A stretch of DNA of 64,000 nucleotides from Candidatus Woesearchaeota archaeon. GTDB lineage: Archaea; Nanobdellota; Nanobdellia; Woesearchaeales; JACPJR01. The stretch lies in the NCBI GenBank assembly GCA_016187565.1, contig JACPJR010000031.1, positions 9,796-73,795 on the forward strand, in the 5' to 3' direction. Shown here piece after piece: positions 9,890 to 20,179 of the stretch (positions within the stretch are counted from its first letter, which is position 1; every line of letters starts with the position of its first letter). Under the pieces are notes generated by a model. The model was given only the letters and a program-made list of their open reading frames with translations, made no database searches and was not told the DNA's origin. The position numbers and the translations under genes are program-made.

Positions 9890-10348
9890 ATGGCGAGGGT
9901 CAAGGAGGGTAAGAAAATGGGATTTTTTTCACGTATTAAAGAAACAATCCTTGGTTCTGATGAAGAAGACGAGATGGAAGGCGAAGGAGAGTATGTTGAT
10001 GATTATGTCCAGCTCGATAGCACTGAACAAAAAGCTGATAAGAGTAAACTCGTTGTTCGCCCTTATGTGCTTGATGATTTTTCTGATGTAAAGGAAATCC
10101 TTGATGCAATACGAACAGGAAAAACTATTGCATTGATTAATATCCGTCCATTAAAGGATAAGGATCTTATTGAGCTAAAGCGAGCGGTAAACAAATTAAA
10201 GAAAACAACCGATGTAATTGATGGGGATATTGCTGGGTTTGGCGATGATTATCTCGTTGTAACACCTGCAATAGCACAGATCTATCGCAACAAACAAACG
10301 ACGGTTGTAAACGCTTCTGAACAATCTTCTGCCCAGGAGAATATGTAG
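9890..10348 (+). CDS. sepF: Cell division protein SepF (DUF552), archaeal FtsZ membrane anchor
   Basis: N-terminal amphipathic MGFFSRIKETILG, an acidic linker, and a C-terminal core (VVRPYVLDDFSDVKEILDAIRTGKTIALINIRPL...). The likely true start is the Met at 9917. Confidence 0.7.
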   Translation: MARVKEGKKMGFFSRIKETILGSDEEDEMEGEGEYVDDYVQLDSTEQKADKSKLVVRPYVLDDFSDVKEILDAIRTGKTIALINIRPLKDKDLIELKRAVNKLKKTTDVIDGDIAGFGDDYLVVTPAIAQIYRNKQTTVVNASEQSSAQENM

Positions 10349-10412
10349 CTCTTTGCAACGCTTATGCTTAATTAAAATATAAAGCGTAAACTTTTTATAG
10401 TCGCAGGGATCT

Positions 10413-10994
10413 ATGGAATGTATGGCAGAGACCAACGATAATGAACAGCAATCTTCTGAGCAGCAACCTTCTGGAGATGGTATAGATATCTTGAAAAATC
10501 AGCCGTGTCCTTTTTGTCATACAAATAACCTCATACTCAGCGAACAGGTCGTTGAAGTTCCTTACTTTAATAAATTGTATCTTTTTTCCATGCAGTGTAA
10601 TCATTGTCATGTCAAGAAATCTGATGTGGAGGCACTTGAGAAAAAAGAGTCTTCACGCTTTACGCTTGAAGTAACAGGTGAAGAAGACATGAACATCCGT
10701 ATTGTACGATCGAGCGAAGCAACGATTAAGATCCCGCATGTAACTACCATTACCCCAGGGATGGGTGCAGAAGGGTACATTACCAATGTTGAGGGTCTGC
10801 TTCAGCGGGTTAAGCAGCAGATTGATGTTGTTCGTGAAGAAGAGGAAGATAAAAGCACAAAAAAGAAAGCCAAAAATCTTGTGAAAAAATTACAGCGAGT
10901 TATGTTTGGTCAGGAAAAACTCAAAATCATTATTGAAGATCCAACAGGAAATAGTGCTATCATCTCTCCGAAGGCAATCCAAACTAAGTTATGA
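10413..10994 (+). CDS. ZPR1-type zinc-finger domain protein
   Basis: CPFC...(29 aa)...CNHC zinc ribbon followed by a ZPR1-like beta domain. Archaeal ZPR1 homologues are of this size. Confidence 0.65.
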   Translation: MECMAETNDNEQQSSEQQPSGDGIDILKNQPCPFCHTNNLILSEQVVEVPYFNKLYLFSMQCNHCHVKKSDVEALEKKESSRFTLEVTGEEDMNIRIVRSSEATIKIPHVTTITPGMGAEGYITNVEGLLQRVKQQIDVVREEEEDKSTKKKAKNLVKKLQRVMFGQEKLKIIIEDPTGNSAIISPKAIQTKL

Positions 10995-11021
10995 TGATGT
11001 TGTAGAGTGTTCACCTGATAC

Positions 11022-11546
11022 ATGAGAGCAAAAAAACATAATTCTCTTATGAAACAAGCCAAAGATACAGCTCAGAAAAATACGAGAAATACCATGAACT
11101 CCATGAACCTTGTCATAGGATCTGATCATGCAGGCTTTGCCCTCAAGGAGCAATTAAAAACCTATCTTCAGAAAAAAGGATATAGGGTTGAGGATAAAGG
11201 TGTTTTCAGCGTAAATCCTGCTGATTATCCCTCTGTTGGACAAACCGTAGCTCAACAAGTAGCAAAAAAACATGAGCGTGGCATACTTATTTGTGGTACA
11301 GGTATTGGTATGTCTATTGTTGCCAACAAAGTGAAAGGCATTCGTGCAGCACTCTGCCATGACCTGAAGACCGCTCAGGCAAGTCGAGAGCATAATGATG
11401 CAAATGTCCTTTGTCTCGGGGGAAGAATTCTTGATACAGAAACTGCCCAAAGGATTACTGATGTTTGGTTAATGACTCCTTTCTCAAGTGAGGAACGTCA
11501 TCATCGAAGAATAAAACTTATCGATAGTATCGAGAAAGAATGTTAG
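11022..11546 (+). CDS. rpiB: Ribose-5-phosphate isomerase B
   Basis: LVIGSDHAGFALKEQL...GILICGTGIGMSIVANKV...LCLGGR are RpiB/LacAB signature regions. The true start is probably Met25 or Met28 (~11094-11103). Confidence 0.85.
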   Translation: MRAKKHNSLMKQAKDTAQKNTRNTMNSMNLVIGSDHAGFALKEQLKTYLQKKGYRVEDKGVFSVNPADYPSVGQTVAQQVAKKHERGILICGTGIGMSIVANKVKGIRAALCHDLKTAQASREHNDANVLCLGGRILDTETAQRITDVWLMTPFSSEERHHRRIKLIDSIEKEC

Positions 11547-11579
11547 AAGGTTAATGTATCTGTTTATTATCTTAACTCT

Positions 11580-13184
11580 TTGCCAAAAATGAATAGCATT
11601 CCTAAGTGTATCCGTGAAATCTCGGAACAGGACATTGGAAGAATATCTCTGTTTGAGGTACAGGTAATTGACGTCCAACAAACGACTGGCCCAACACTCT
11701 TTTTTTTTGGTGATGGAACCGGAAAGGTTATGGCAAAGGCATTTGTTGGTCCTGGGCAGCGTGCATTTCCCAAACTTAATCCAGGAGATGTTATTCATGT
11801 GCGTATTGCGTTAACACAAATATTTCCTACCTTTGAGGGAACATTACAGGGATATACTCCTCTTGAGGGAAATGATCGTACCATGGCGTTACAGGTCATT
11901 CAAGAACGCATGGATGAACGAACAGAGCCAGAACAAACGAGCTTTTTGGTTTCTTCTTCTGTGTTGGATAGTCTGAGGCCACATATCCTTCAGGCAGTAA
12001 AAGTAATCCGCTATGCGATTCTTGAAGCAAGGCCTATTCTTCTCAGGCATCATGCTGATTGTGATGGTTATTGCGGTGCTCTTGCACTTGAACAAGCGAT
12101 CTTACCGCAGATAAAAAAAGAACATGGAGAAGATGCGTTACGAAAAAGATTATGGAAAAGAATTCCCTCCAAAACACCCTTTTATGATTACACCGATGCA
12201 CTCAAGGATATTACCTCAAGCCTTACTGATATACAGCGTTTACGGACAAAAGAACCTTTGATCATTGTTGTGGATAATGGTTCTACCCAAGATGATTTGT
12301 TCGCTCTCCAAAAATTACGGTTGTATGGTTGTCAGCTTTTGGTTATTGACCATCATGATCCAGGTAGGATCGTTGAGGGTAAATCTCTCGTGGATGCATT
12401 TCTGGATGCACATGTAAATCCTTATCTTGTTGGCGGCAATAAACAGCTTACAGCAGGGATGTTAGCTGCGGAAATTGCCCGATGGATATCCACAAGTGCA
12501 CGCGTACCAGCATTTTTGCCTGCCTTGAGTGGTATTGCAGATCGGAGTACAGGTTCAGAGTTTCAGGCATACATCAAACTTGCCTATGATGCAGGTTATG
12601 TCCCTCACTATCTTGAGGATCTTGCCGTGTGCGTTGATTTTGAAGCATCGTACTTAAAATACCTTGAATCATCGCTTATTGATGATCTTCTCACGAGTCC
12701 TCTCCAGACTCAACAATCCTTTCTCTTACATCTCAAAAAGGAGATTGAAACCAGAAAACAGCAATACCTTGCTTTATTCCAGTATTATGTGCGTGTTGAG
12801 CATCGACAGGCATTTATTCTTGCAACATTAGACTTGGATTCAATTGATGTACGAGGAGAATGGCCGTCGAGAGGTAAGATTACGGGTATGGCTTTTCGAT
12901 TTATCTTAAGCAAATACCAAAAAGAAGGTCAAGGAGAAAAGCCTCTTGTGCCTATTATCTTTTTAGGTATAGGAAATACTGCTCTTACTGTTCGTGCTAC
13001 TGAGGGGACGGCATTTAACCTGAACACGATGATTTATGAAATGAAGAAACGGTTTCCTTATGCTATGATTCATGGAGGAGGTCATGATGTTGCTGGCACA
13101 CTCATGTTTATCGAAGCTGCAAAGCCAGAGATTATGAATTTTGTTGCTATCTACCTCAATGCCTTGTTTTCTGTTGAAAAGTAA
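11580..13184 (+). CDS. RecJ/Cdc45-like DHH-DHHA1 phosphoesterase (GAN/RecJ-like nuclease) with N-terminal OB-like region
   Basis: DHH motifs I (HHADCDG), II (VVDNGS) and III (VIDHHD), and the DHHA1 GGGH motif (IHGGGHDVAG). Confidence 0.8.
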   Translation: MPKMNSIPKCIREISEQDIGRISLFEVQVIDVQQTTGPTLFFFGDGTGKVMAKAFVGPGQRAFPKLNPGDVIHVRIALTQIFPTFEGTLQGYTPLEGNDRTMALQVIQERMDERTEPEQTSFLVSSSVLDSLRPHILQAVKVIRYAILEARPILLRHHADCDGYCGALALEQAILPQIKKEHGEDALRKRLWKRIPSKTPFYDYTDALKDITSSLTDIQRLRTKEPLIIVVDNGSTQDDLFALQKLRLYGCQLLVIDHHDPGRIVEGKSLVDAFLDAHVNPYLVGGNKQLTAGMLAAEIARWISTSARVPAFLPALSGIADRSTGSEFQAYIKLAYDAGYVPHYLEDLAVCVDFEASYLKYLESSLIDDLLTSPLQTQQSFLLHLKKEIETRKQQYLALFQYYVRVEHRQAFILATLDLDSIDVRGEWPSRGKITGMAFRFILSKYQKEGQGEKPLVPIIFLGIGNTALTVRATEGTAFNLNTMIYEMKKRFPYAMIHGGGHDVAGTLMFIEAAKPEIMNFVAIYLNALFSVEK

Positions 13185-13230
13185 ACGATACAACTCTTGG
13201 TGGTATTCTTATAACAATACCATAAATAAT

Positions 13231-13256
13231 TTTGTCTTTTTCTCCTTTTTCTCTTA
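13231..13256 (+). terminator. T-rich tract between convergent genes (putative terminator)
   Basis: ttttgtctttttctcctttttctctt, downstream of the RecJ-like gene. Archaeal terminators are oligo-T tracts. Confidence 0.3.
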
Positions 13257-14201
13257 TAAGAATTTAATGTCTTGTGTGGTATTAAATCTATCAAACGTTT
13301 CCATTCCTTGCTCTAACTCTATTCCTCTTAATGCTTGCTGTTGGTCATGTTTTTCATCTTGCCAACCAATAAAAATTCTTGTGTCACTTCTTCGTGCGTC
13401 AATCTCTGCCTTCATTCTTCGTAATGCTTCTTTTGAATCTTCCAGACTTGCACGAGGATGATCTGGATATATAGCTCTACTTCTCTTCGATGGATAATAG
13501 GGATGAAAATTAAAATCTATGGGTGCTCCATATCTTTCTCCTAGATTCAAACCAGAACGGAGTGTTTCAACTGCTTCCCTTATTGCTTCTTCCCCAATTA
13601 ATTCTGGTGGTTGAAATACAATATTAACATCAATGCCCACGTTCCCTTTATATTCTCCTGCAACTTCAAAAGCCTTTTCAATTTTCTCTCTCTTCATTTT
13701 CTTATTAAGTTTTCCAATTCTCACTTCATCACTTTGAGATTCAACTCCTAAAATAACTCTTGCTTGTTGGTCTCCTCTTAATCTACCAACTAAATAATCC
13801 AATGAATCCTCAGTTACATACATCTCTCGTGAATCAAAAGATACAATGCTACATCGATTTAAAGATGAAGCATACGCTGCAATATTTTCCAATGTCATTC
13901 TTGACATTTCTGCTTTATTCAATGTTGAGCCTGAATTATACACTACCAAATGTTCTACATTCCTGAGAACATCACCATAATACTGTATGAAAAATTCTAG
14001 TCTCTTTTTGTTCATCTCAGTTGTAAATGGTGTTCCTTCTCCTGCTCCAATATCACAATGATAGCATTGCCTTGCTGTATAAAATGGGCATTCTCCACCT
14101 TTGAACTCATTGCCAAACACCAAAGCGAGCCGACTTCCATACGTATCTCTAACAGGATCAAACATGATCGATGCATCTGGAATCGCTGGGTTATCTGCCA
14201 T
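13254..14201 (-). CDS. Radical-SAM-like TIM-barrel protein with atypical Cys triad (C-x7-C-x2-C)
   Basis: GGECPFYTARQCYHCDIG near the N-terminus, an NSGS glycine-rich segment, and GVESQSDEVRIGKLNK, which resembles the GxES 'ribose' motif of MiaB/Elp3-like radical-SAM enzymes. The Cys spacing is not canonical, so the family call is tentative. It overlaps the upstream gene by 11 nt. Confidence 0.5.
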   Translation of the reverse strand: MADNPAIPDASIMFDPVRDTYGSRLALVFGNEFKGGECPFYTARQCYHCDIGAGEGTPFTTEMNKKRLEFFIQYYGDVLRNVEHLVVYNSGSTLNKAEMSRMTLENIAAYASSLNRCSIVSFDSREMYVTEDSLDYLVGRLRGDQQARVILGVESQSDEVRIGKLNKKMKREKIEKAFEVAGEYKGNVGIDVNIVFQPPELIGEEAIREAVETLRSGLNLGERYGAPIDFNFHPYYPSKRSRAIYPDHPRASLEDSKEALRRMKAEIDARRSDTRIFIGWQDEKHDQQQALRGIELEQGMETFDRFNTTQDIKFL

Positions 14202-15915
14202 TGTTCTCCTCCCTCGAGACTAAGAAATTGCCAATAGCAAGATAATCAATTCTCGTTTTGAGAAATGTACTAACAGCATCTTGCGGACTGCAAACTATTG
14301 GTTCTCTATCATTAAACGACGTATTCAGAATAAGAGGTACTCCTGTAAGAGCTTCAAATTCCTGTATGAGTTTGTAATATTTGGGATTTGTTCCTTCTCT
14401 AACCGTTTGAATTCTACTTGTTCCGTCAACATGAGTGACCGCAGAAATTACGCCTTTCTTCTCATCGTTTACACGGTAAGCAAAAAGCATAAAGTCAGAT
14501 GAAATTGACTTTTGAGGAATACTAAACCAATCATCAGCGTTATCTACTAATACCGACGGAGCAAATGGTCTGAAATATTCTCTATGTTTTACTTTCATGT
14601 TCAGAATATCTCTCATCTTAGGGTTGCGAGGATCAGCAAGAAGTGACCTGTTGCCCAATGCTCTTGGTCCAACTTCCATTCGTCCCTGAAACCATCCAAC
14701 AACATTACCATCTGCAACTAGCTTTGCGACTTCTTTTTCTATCTCTTCAACATGAACATACGTGAGCCTATTTTCGTCCAATGCCTGTCTGATCTCTTCT
14801 TGAGAATATTCTGGCCCAAAATAGGCATGGTCCATAACAAAACTTCTCGGATTTCCTAATTGATGATTCCAGATAAAATAAGCCGCTCCGATTGCAGTTC
14901 CTGCATCATGTGCTGCTGGTTGAATGTACACATCCTTAAATGGGCCTTTCTCGAGAAGAATGCTATTAGCAACACAATTGAGAGCAACTCCCCCAGCGAG
15001 ACATACGTTTGAGCTTCCGGTAGATTCGGAGAGATGATGAGCAAGTTTGAGCAGAATTTCTTCGGTGATTCTCTGTAATGCTGCTGCAATATCTGCGTGT
15101 CTTTCTTCTAATTCATCGTGGGGGTCTCTTTTACGTCCTAAAATTTGTTCTAAACCACTATGATCATTACCTCTAAATCTTACTACGGTGTGATCAACAG
15201 TAAAGCCTCTTGTACCAACGTTTACAAATTGTCTTAATGTATCATAATATCGGTTAGGGTCTCCATAGGAAGCCAATCCCATTACTTTACCGGCATCGTA
15301 TTCGGTAAACCCCAGAAATATTGAGAGTTTTTCCCACAAGAATCCTAAACTATGAGGGTAGTTAATACTCTTCAATAGCCTTATCTTGTTTCCTTCTCCT
15401 TTGGAGAGAGTTGTTGATTCAATTTCTCCAATACCATCAACTACTAAAATAGCTGCTTCTTCAAATGGAGAGACAAAATAAGCACTTCCTGCATGAGAGG
15501 TATGGTGGTCAATCCAGTGAAATCTTTCTCTCATGTCAAGCTCATAAATATCTGACAATTTTTGAGGTACTTGCCGAAGTTTCTCGTAAAAAAGAGATTC
15601 TCCCGTGTTACTGCCCCAATCTCCTTCAATAACCAGATCATGAAATTCTTTATTTCTTCCCTTATTTCTTAGCCTCTTTGCTGGACTAAAAGAACTGGCA
15701 ATGTAATCAACTTCTGCAAGAGTAATTCCTGCTTTTTCCAAGCAAAAATTGATGGTATTTATAGGAAGCTCATCAGGATTATCAATTTGTGCTGGTTTTG
15801 CGTGCTTTATCCTATTGAAACGTTCTTCTTCAGCTACCGCTACCATTGAGCCATCTTTAATCAGACATGCTGAAGATTCATGATAGGCATGGTTTATTCC
15901 AAGGAGGTATGTCAT
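14191..15915 (-). CDS. Carbamoyltransferase, NodU/CmcH/TobZ family (Kae1-like ASKHA N-domain + C-domain)
   Basis: N-terminus MTYLLGINHAYHESSACLIKDGSMVAVAEEERFNRIKH matches the family start (LGI..HDS.A.L..DG..VAA.EEERF.R.KH). 574 aa. Confidence 0.85.
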   Translation of the reverse strand: MTYLLGINHAYHESSACLIKDGSMVAVAEEERFNRIKHAKPAQIDNPDELPINTINFCLEKAGITLAEVDYIASSFSPAKRLRNKGRNKEFHDLVIEGDWGSNTGESLFYEKLRQVPQKLSDIYELDMRERFHWIDHHTSHAGSAYFVSPFEEAAILVVDGIGEIESTTLSKGEGNKIRLLKSINYPHSLGFLWEKLSIFLGFTEYDAGKVMGLASYGDPNRYYDTLRQFVNVGTRGFTVDHTVVRFRGNDHSGLEQILGRKRDPHDELEERHADIAAALQRITEEILLKLAHHLSESTGSSNVCLAGGVALNCVANSILLEKGPFKDVYIQPAAHDAGTAIGAAYFIWNHQLGNPRSFVMDHAYFGPEYSQEEIRQALDENRLTYVHVEEIEKEVAKLVADGNVVGWFQGRMEVGPRALGNRSLLADPRNPKMRDILNMKVKHREYFRPFAPSVLVDNADDWFSIPQKSISSDFMLFAYRVNDEKKGVISAVTHVDGTSRIQTVREGTNPKYYKLIQEFEALTGVPLILNTSFNDREPIVCSPQDAVSTFLKTRIDYLAIGNFLVSREENNGR

Positions 15916-16024
15916 GGTATCTAATTGACCACTTTATTGTAGTTACTATTGTGGAGGATTACTTAAAGTTTTGTCGCACTTTAAAGTACGAAAATTTATA
16001 TAGGATCAAGTTTTCCTATGAAGT

Positions 16025-16744
16025 ATGCATGAACAACAACTCAAAGAATTAGGGTTAACTGACAATGAAGTGAGGATTTACCTACTTTTGTTGGAGTATG
16101 GAATGACAAATCCCTCAGAAATTTCTCAAAAATTAGGATTACATAGGGGATATGTCTATGATGCACTTGAAAGAATGCAGGAAAAAGAGGTGGTTAATGT
16201 TCTTCTTAAAATGAACAAAAAATATTATCAAGCTACTAACCCTCAAAATCTTATTGAGCTGTTAAAATTCAGATTAGAAAGCCTTGAAAAAGCAGTGCCC
16301 GATTTAATGAAATTAGCAACATTGAAGAAAGAAGAAACAAAAGTAGAACTTCACCGAGGAAAGCGAATTTATAGAGTCCTCCTCAACGATATGGTTTCAA
16401 CGTTAAGGAAGAACGATAAAGCATATTTAGTAGGCATTGATGAAGATGTTTTAATGGAGGAAGTAGAGCCGATCTATCTTAAACAATATCTGAATACGAT
16501 GAAGTCTAGAAACATCAAAGAAAAAATAATTGTAAAAACTGGCGCTACAAAAATAAAAAATCCTCATCTTGAATACAAAGAACTGGATAGCAAATATATA
16601 GGAAAAACAGCACAGATAATATATAATGATAAAGTCGCTATTTTTATTCTAGGAACACCTTATTACCTTATTGTGATTGAGAATAAAGAAGTCGCCGAAA
16701 CTTATAGAAAACAGTTTAATCTTTTGTGGAACATAGCAAAATAA
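16025..16744 (+). CDS. TrmB-family transcriptional regulator
   Basis: N-terminal wHTH (LGLTDNEVRIYLLLLEYGMTNPSEISQKLGLHRGYVYDALERM) and a TrmB-like C-terminal domain. Confidence 0.7.
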   Translation: MHEQQLKELGLTDNEVRIYLLLLEYGMTNPSEISQKLGLHRGYVYDALERMQEKEVVNVLLKMNKKYYQATNPQNLIELLKFRLESLEKAVPDLMKLATLKKEETKVELHRGKRIYRVLLNDMVSTLRKNDKAYLVGIDEDVLMEEVEPIYLKQYLNTMKSRNIKEKIIVKTGATKIKNPHLEYKELDSKYIGKTAQIIYNDKVAIFILGTPYYLIVIENKEVAETYRKQFNLLWNIAK

Positions 16745-16823
16745 CCGTCTCCCGCCTTTGTTGTTGTTATTTTTGTAGTTATCACTTATAAAAATCACTC
16801 AGAAATTATTTTGTTCCTGATTT

Positions 16824-16840
16824 CCGAAACATTTATATAT
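16824..16840 (+). promoter_or_regulatory. BRE/TATA promoter (ccGAAACATTTATATAt) for the MNT gene
   Basis: Purine-rich BRE next to TTTATATA, ~45 nt upstream of the ATG at 16881. The same motif recurs at 9818-9834 and 55844-55856. Confidence 0.5.
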
Positions 16841-16881
16841 TATTACTAAAATGTAATAGTTCTATTATATAAAAGTAATAA
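16840..16881 (+). promoter_or_regulatory. Nested inverted repeats between TATA box and start codon (operator-like)
   Basis: TTATTACT (16840-16847) and AGTAATAA (16874-16881) form an 8-bp inverted repeat. An inner GTAATAG / CTATTAT pair sits at 16853-16868. Confidence 0.35.
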
Positions 16882-17489
16882 TGATCTCTCCTGAAAACTA
16901 CATGAATATGAACAACAACCTTAAAGTGTTAAAATTATTCGTTGATAATAAGGACAAAACATTTACGATAAAAAAAGTAGCTGAGTCCTTGAGAATGAAT
17001 TATAAAATAGTCTATGAAGAAATCATGAAATTAGCCCAAGAGGAGTTAATAAATATAACCAAACATGGGAATGCAAAGGTTTGTGTTTTTAATTACCGAT
17101 TTCATAGCAAAATTGTTGAAATTGAGGAAACGAAAAAGGAAGAATTATTCAAAAGCAAAAGCCTAAAATTAATCTACAAAAGAATCAAAGACGTAAAAAG
17201 TCCGTTCTATTGTTTAATTCTTTTTGGGTCCTATGCAAACAAAACTAATCAAAAAGGCTCAGATATTGATTTATGTTTAATAACTGATAATCAGCAAATA
17301 AGCAGGGACATAAATGCAATATTAAGCATAACTCCTATAAGCGTCCATTTGCAGGAATTTAATTCAGACCAGTTTCTAGCCATGCTAAAAAGCAAAGAAT
17401 TCAATGTTGGCAACGAAATTGTAAGAAACAATATAATTCTTTATGGGGTCGAAGCATTTTATGAGCTGGTAAACGATGTTAAACAATGA
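16881..17489 (+). CDS. wHTH + minimal nucleotidyltransferase (MNT) domain protein, HEPN/MNT-module antitoxin-like
   Basis: Pol-beta-type NTase motif LFGSYANKTNQKGSDIDLCLI (GS...D.D) with an N-terminal wHTH. Its end overlaps the start of a HEPN-like frame by 14 nt. Confidence 0.7.
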   Translation: MISPENYMNMNNNLKVLKLFVDNKDKTFTIKKVAESLRMNYKIVYEEIMKLAQEELINITKHGNAKVCVFNYRFHSKIVEIEETKKEELFKSKSLKLIYKRIKDVKSPFYCLILFGSYANKTNQKGSDIDLCLITDNQQISRDINAILSITPISVHLQEFNSDQFLAMLKSKEFNVGNEIVRNNIILYGVEAFYELVNDVKQ

Positions 17490-17559
17490 ACGAATAAAAG
17501 AAGCCGAAAAAAATGTTAAGTCCTATTTGTTGGATGGATTAATCAAAAAAGAGTATAGT

Positions 17560-17562
<3 letters not shown>
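17476..17562 (+). pseudogene. Possible remnant of a HEPN-domain gene (first ~28 codons only)
   Basis: MLNNERIKEAEKNVKSYLLDGLIKKE resembles HEPN N-termini. The frame then reads through antisense to gapdh, and no Rx4-6H motif is present. Confidence 0.2.
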
Positions 17563-18564
<1,002 letters not shown>

Positions 18565-18673
18565 TCAATCAATTCAATGGTTGTTTACCTTGCTGCTTCA
18601 TAACTTGTTGTCTTTTTTGTATAAACCAACGGTAAGCGAACATCATACGTTATATAAACCTTGCTAAGGTCGC

Positions 18674-19876
18674 TTAAAGTGAGATATGCCACTGGCGGCC
18701 ATAACTCAGATCATCTTCTCTGAGAGACCCTACCCGGCCATCCCCCATAGTCTCTTTGTTATGTTCATCACCAGGAAGAGGGGTGCCTTGAACCCGCATC
18801 TGATGACGGTACACTACCTCAAACCGTTCTACGAGCTCTTGTGGCTCAAATCTTGCAGGCTTTAGATCAAGATTAAAGAGATTGGGAGCTATGAACAGAA
18901 GAAAGGTCATTGTTTTGTGTAAATCACTCAGCTGTACCTTTTTCCTAGCTCGGTACAAGTTGTGCCACCCTTTGTCGGTAAACCCCTCAAGAGGAAAGAG
19001 TTTTGTACAGTATTCAATACGACAGTTTCCATATCCTCCTTCGCCGAGCTCAAATCGTACATCGAAGCTATCGTCTGCTGCATCATAGAGAATAAACCAA
19101 TAACCCATATGATAGCCGAGTTTACTGATCCACCAGAAACTTCGTTTGGTTATGAATCCACCTGCTACGCAATCGCGAGAAGATGCAATACCTCTATTGT
19201 AATGCTCAAATGCACGGACTATTGCGCCCATAGGACTCTTGAGAATTTCCTCAGGGACGGGTAATGTGTCTGGAGAAGAGATATGATGATGCCTACTGAG
19301 TTCATAGATACCATAACCCTCTGACAAACGCTCTGCCACTCTTCCAAAACTCCCTACTGCTTGTTCATGCATAACTCTCACATAATCTTCAAGCGTTGTG
19401 ATGGAAGATACCATAAGATGCGGACTACTGTCTGCAGCCAATATTCTTCGAAAAGAATCAAAGGGTTCTCGAATAAGAGGATGGATAAAGGGAGAATCAA
19501 CCGTACTCTGGGCCATCACCGGTTGATGATAGCCAAAGGTAAAGAGATAGTGAAGCTCTCGTGTAGCTTCTCCCAGTTTTCTCAGGAGATGAGTTTTTTT
19601 ACCTTTGAGTAGGGTTTTATTAACTTTAGGTATCTCTTCAAGATCATCAACATAATCAGTCAATGTAGTGATGGCATCCTCTAAAGCCTTGAACTGTTCG
19701 GGAAGTGCATCCTTTTGTCTATAGCTCTCTCCAACAAGGGCTCTACGAAAAACTGCTTCACCCAATACGCCCATCTCTTCTAAGGCGCGCCGATTGAGCC
19801 CATGGAAAGAGTCAACTTCCTGTTCTAAACCAATGCTTGGATCACTGGCCCCCAAAATCTTTGTGTAGATACTCAC
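18674..19876 (-). CDS. Hypothetical protein (400 aa, soluble, no recognisable motif; GC-richer than its surroundings)
   Basis: A long uninterrupted ORF with an oligo-T/TATA-like region upstream. I could not assign a family. Confidence 0.5.
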   Translation of the reverse strand: MSIYTKILGASDPSIGLEQEVDSFHGLNRRALEEMGVLGEAVFRRALVGESYRQKDALPEQFKALEDAITTLTDYVDDLEEIPKVNKTLLKGKKTHLLRKLGEATRELHYLFTFGYHQPVMAQSTVDSPFIHPLIREPFDSFRRILAADSSPHLMVSSITTLEDYVRVMHEQAVGSFGRVAERLSEGYGIYELSRHHHISSPDTLPVPEEILKSPMGAIVRAFEHYNRGIASSRDCVAGGFITKRSFWWISKLGYHMGYWFILYDAADDSFDVRFELGEGGYGNCRIEYCTKLFPLEGFTDKGWHNLYRARKKVQLSDLHKTMTFLLFIAPNLFNLDLKPARFEPQELVERFEVVYRHQMRVQGTPLPGDEHNKETMGDGRVGSLREDDLSYGRQWHISL

Positions 19877-19920
19877 CTATCAAGAATGATGGTGATCTTT
19901 AAAAATTTTGAGGAAACACA

Positions 19921-19948
19921 GAGAAAAAATAAAAAAATGGGAAGAAAG
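19921..19948 (-). terminator. Oligo-T terminator downstream of tRNA-Met
   Basis: The minus strand reads ...cccatttttttattttttctc immediately 3' of the tRNA. Confidence 0.4.
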
Positions 19949-20023
19949 TAGCGGGGAGAGGATTTGAACCTCCGACCTGAGGGTTATGAGCCCTCCGGGC
20001 ACTCCTGACTGCCCTACCCCGCT
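19949..20023 (-). tRNA. tRNA-Met (anticodon CAT), probably initiator type
   Basis: The reverse complement folds as a cloverleaf: acceptor AGCGGGG/CCCCGCU with an A1:U72 pair, D-stem GGGC/GCCC with a GG-containing D-loop, anticodon stem GAGGG/CCCTC (three G:C) with loop CTCATAA giving anticodon CAT, and a T-loop TTCAAAT. Discriminator A, no encoded CCA. Confidence 0.8.
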
Positions 20024-20050
20024 GTAGAGGAGGAAGAGATTTGACCCAGC

Positions 20051-20058
20051 TTTATAAA
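20051..20058 (-). promoter_or_regulatory. TATA box (TTTATAAA) ~28 nt upstream of the tRNA 5' end
   Basis: The spacing matches archaeal TATA-to-TSS distance. Confidence 0.5.
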
Positions 20059-20179
20059 GCTTTTGGGAGGGCGTTTCTTTAACAGTACTCAGGTGGATCT
20101 ATAATCGATAGGCTTTATATATAAGCGCCGCTTCCATCCACCAAAATAAAGAGAGGAGTTAACCTTCAAACTTGACGAC

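Noticed and set aside
10991-11017. ATGATGA ... CTGA, resembling C and D boxes of an archaeal C/D sRNA
   Set aside because: The ATGATGA overlaps the ZPR1 stop codon. The spacing to CTGA is only ~17 nt and there are no C'/D' boxes or terminal stem. It is too short for a guide sRNA.
13254-14201. Canonical radical SAM enzyme (CxxxCxxC)
   Set aside because: The only N-terminal Cys cluster is C-x7-C-x2-C. The protein is therefore reported as radical-SAM-like with an atypical motif and not as a confident radical SAM enzyme.
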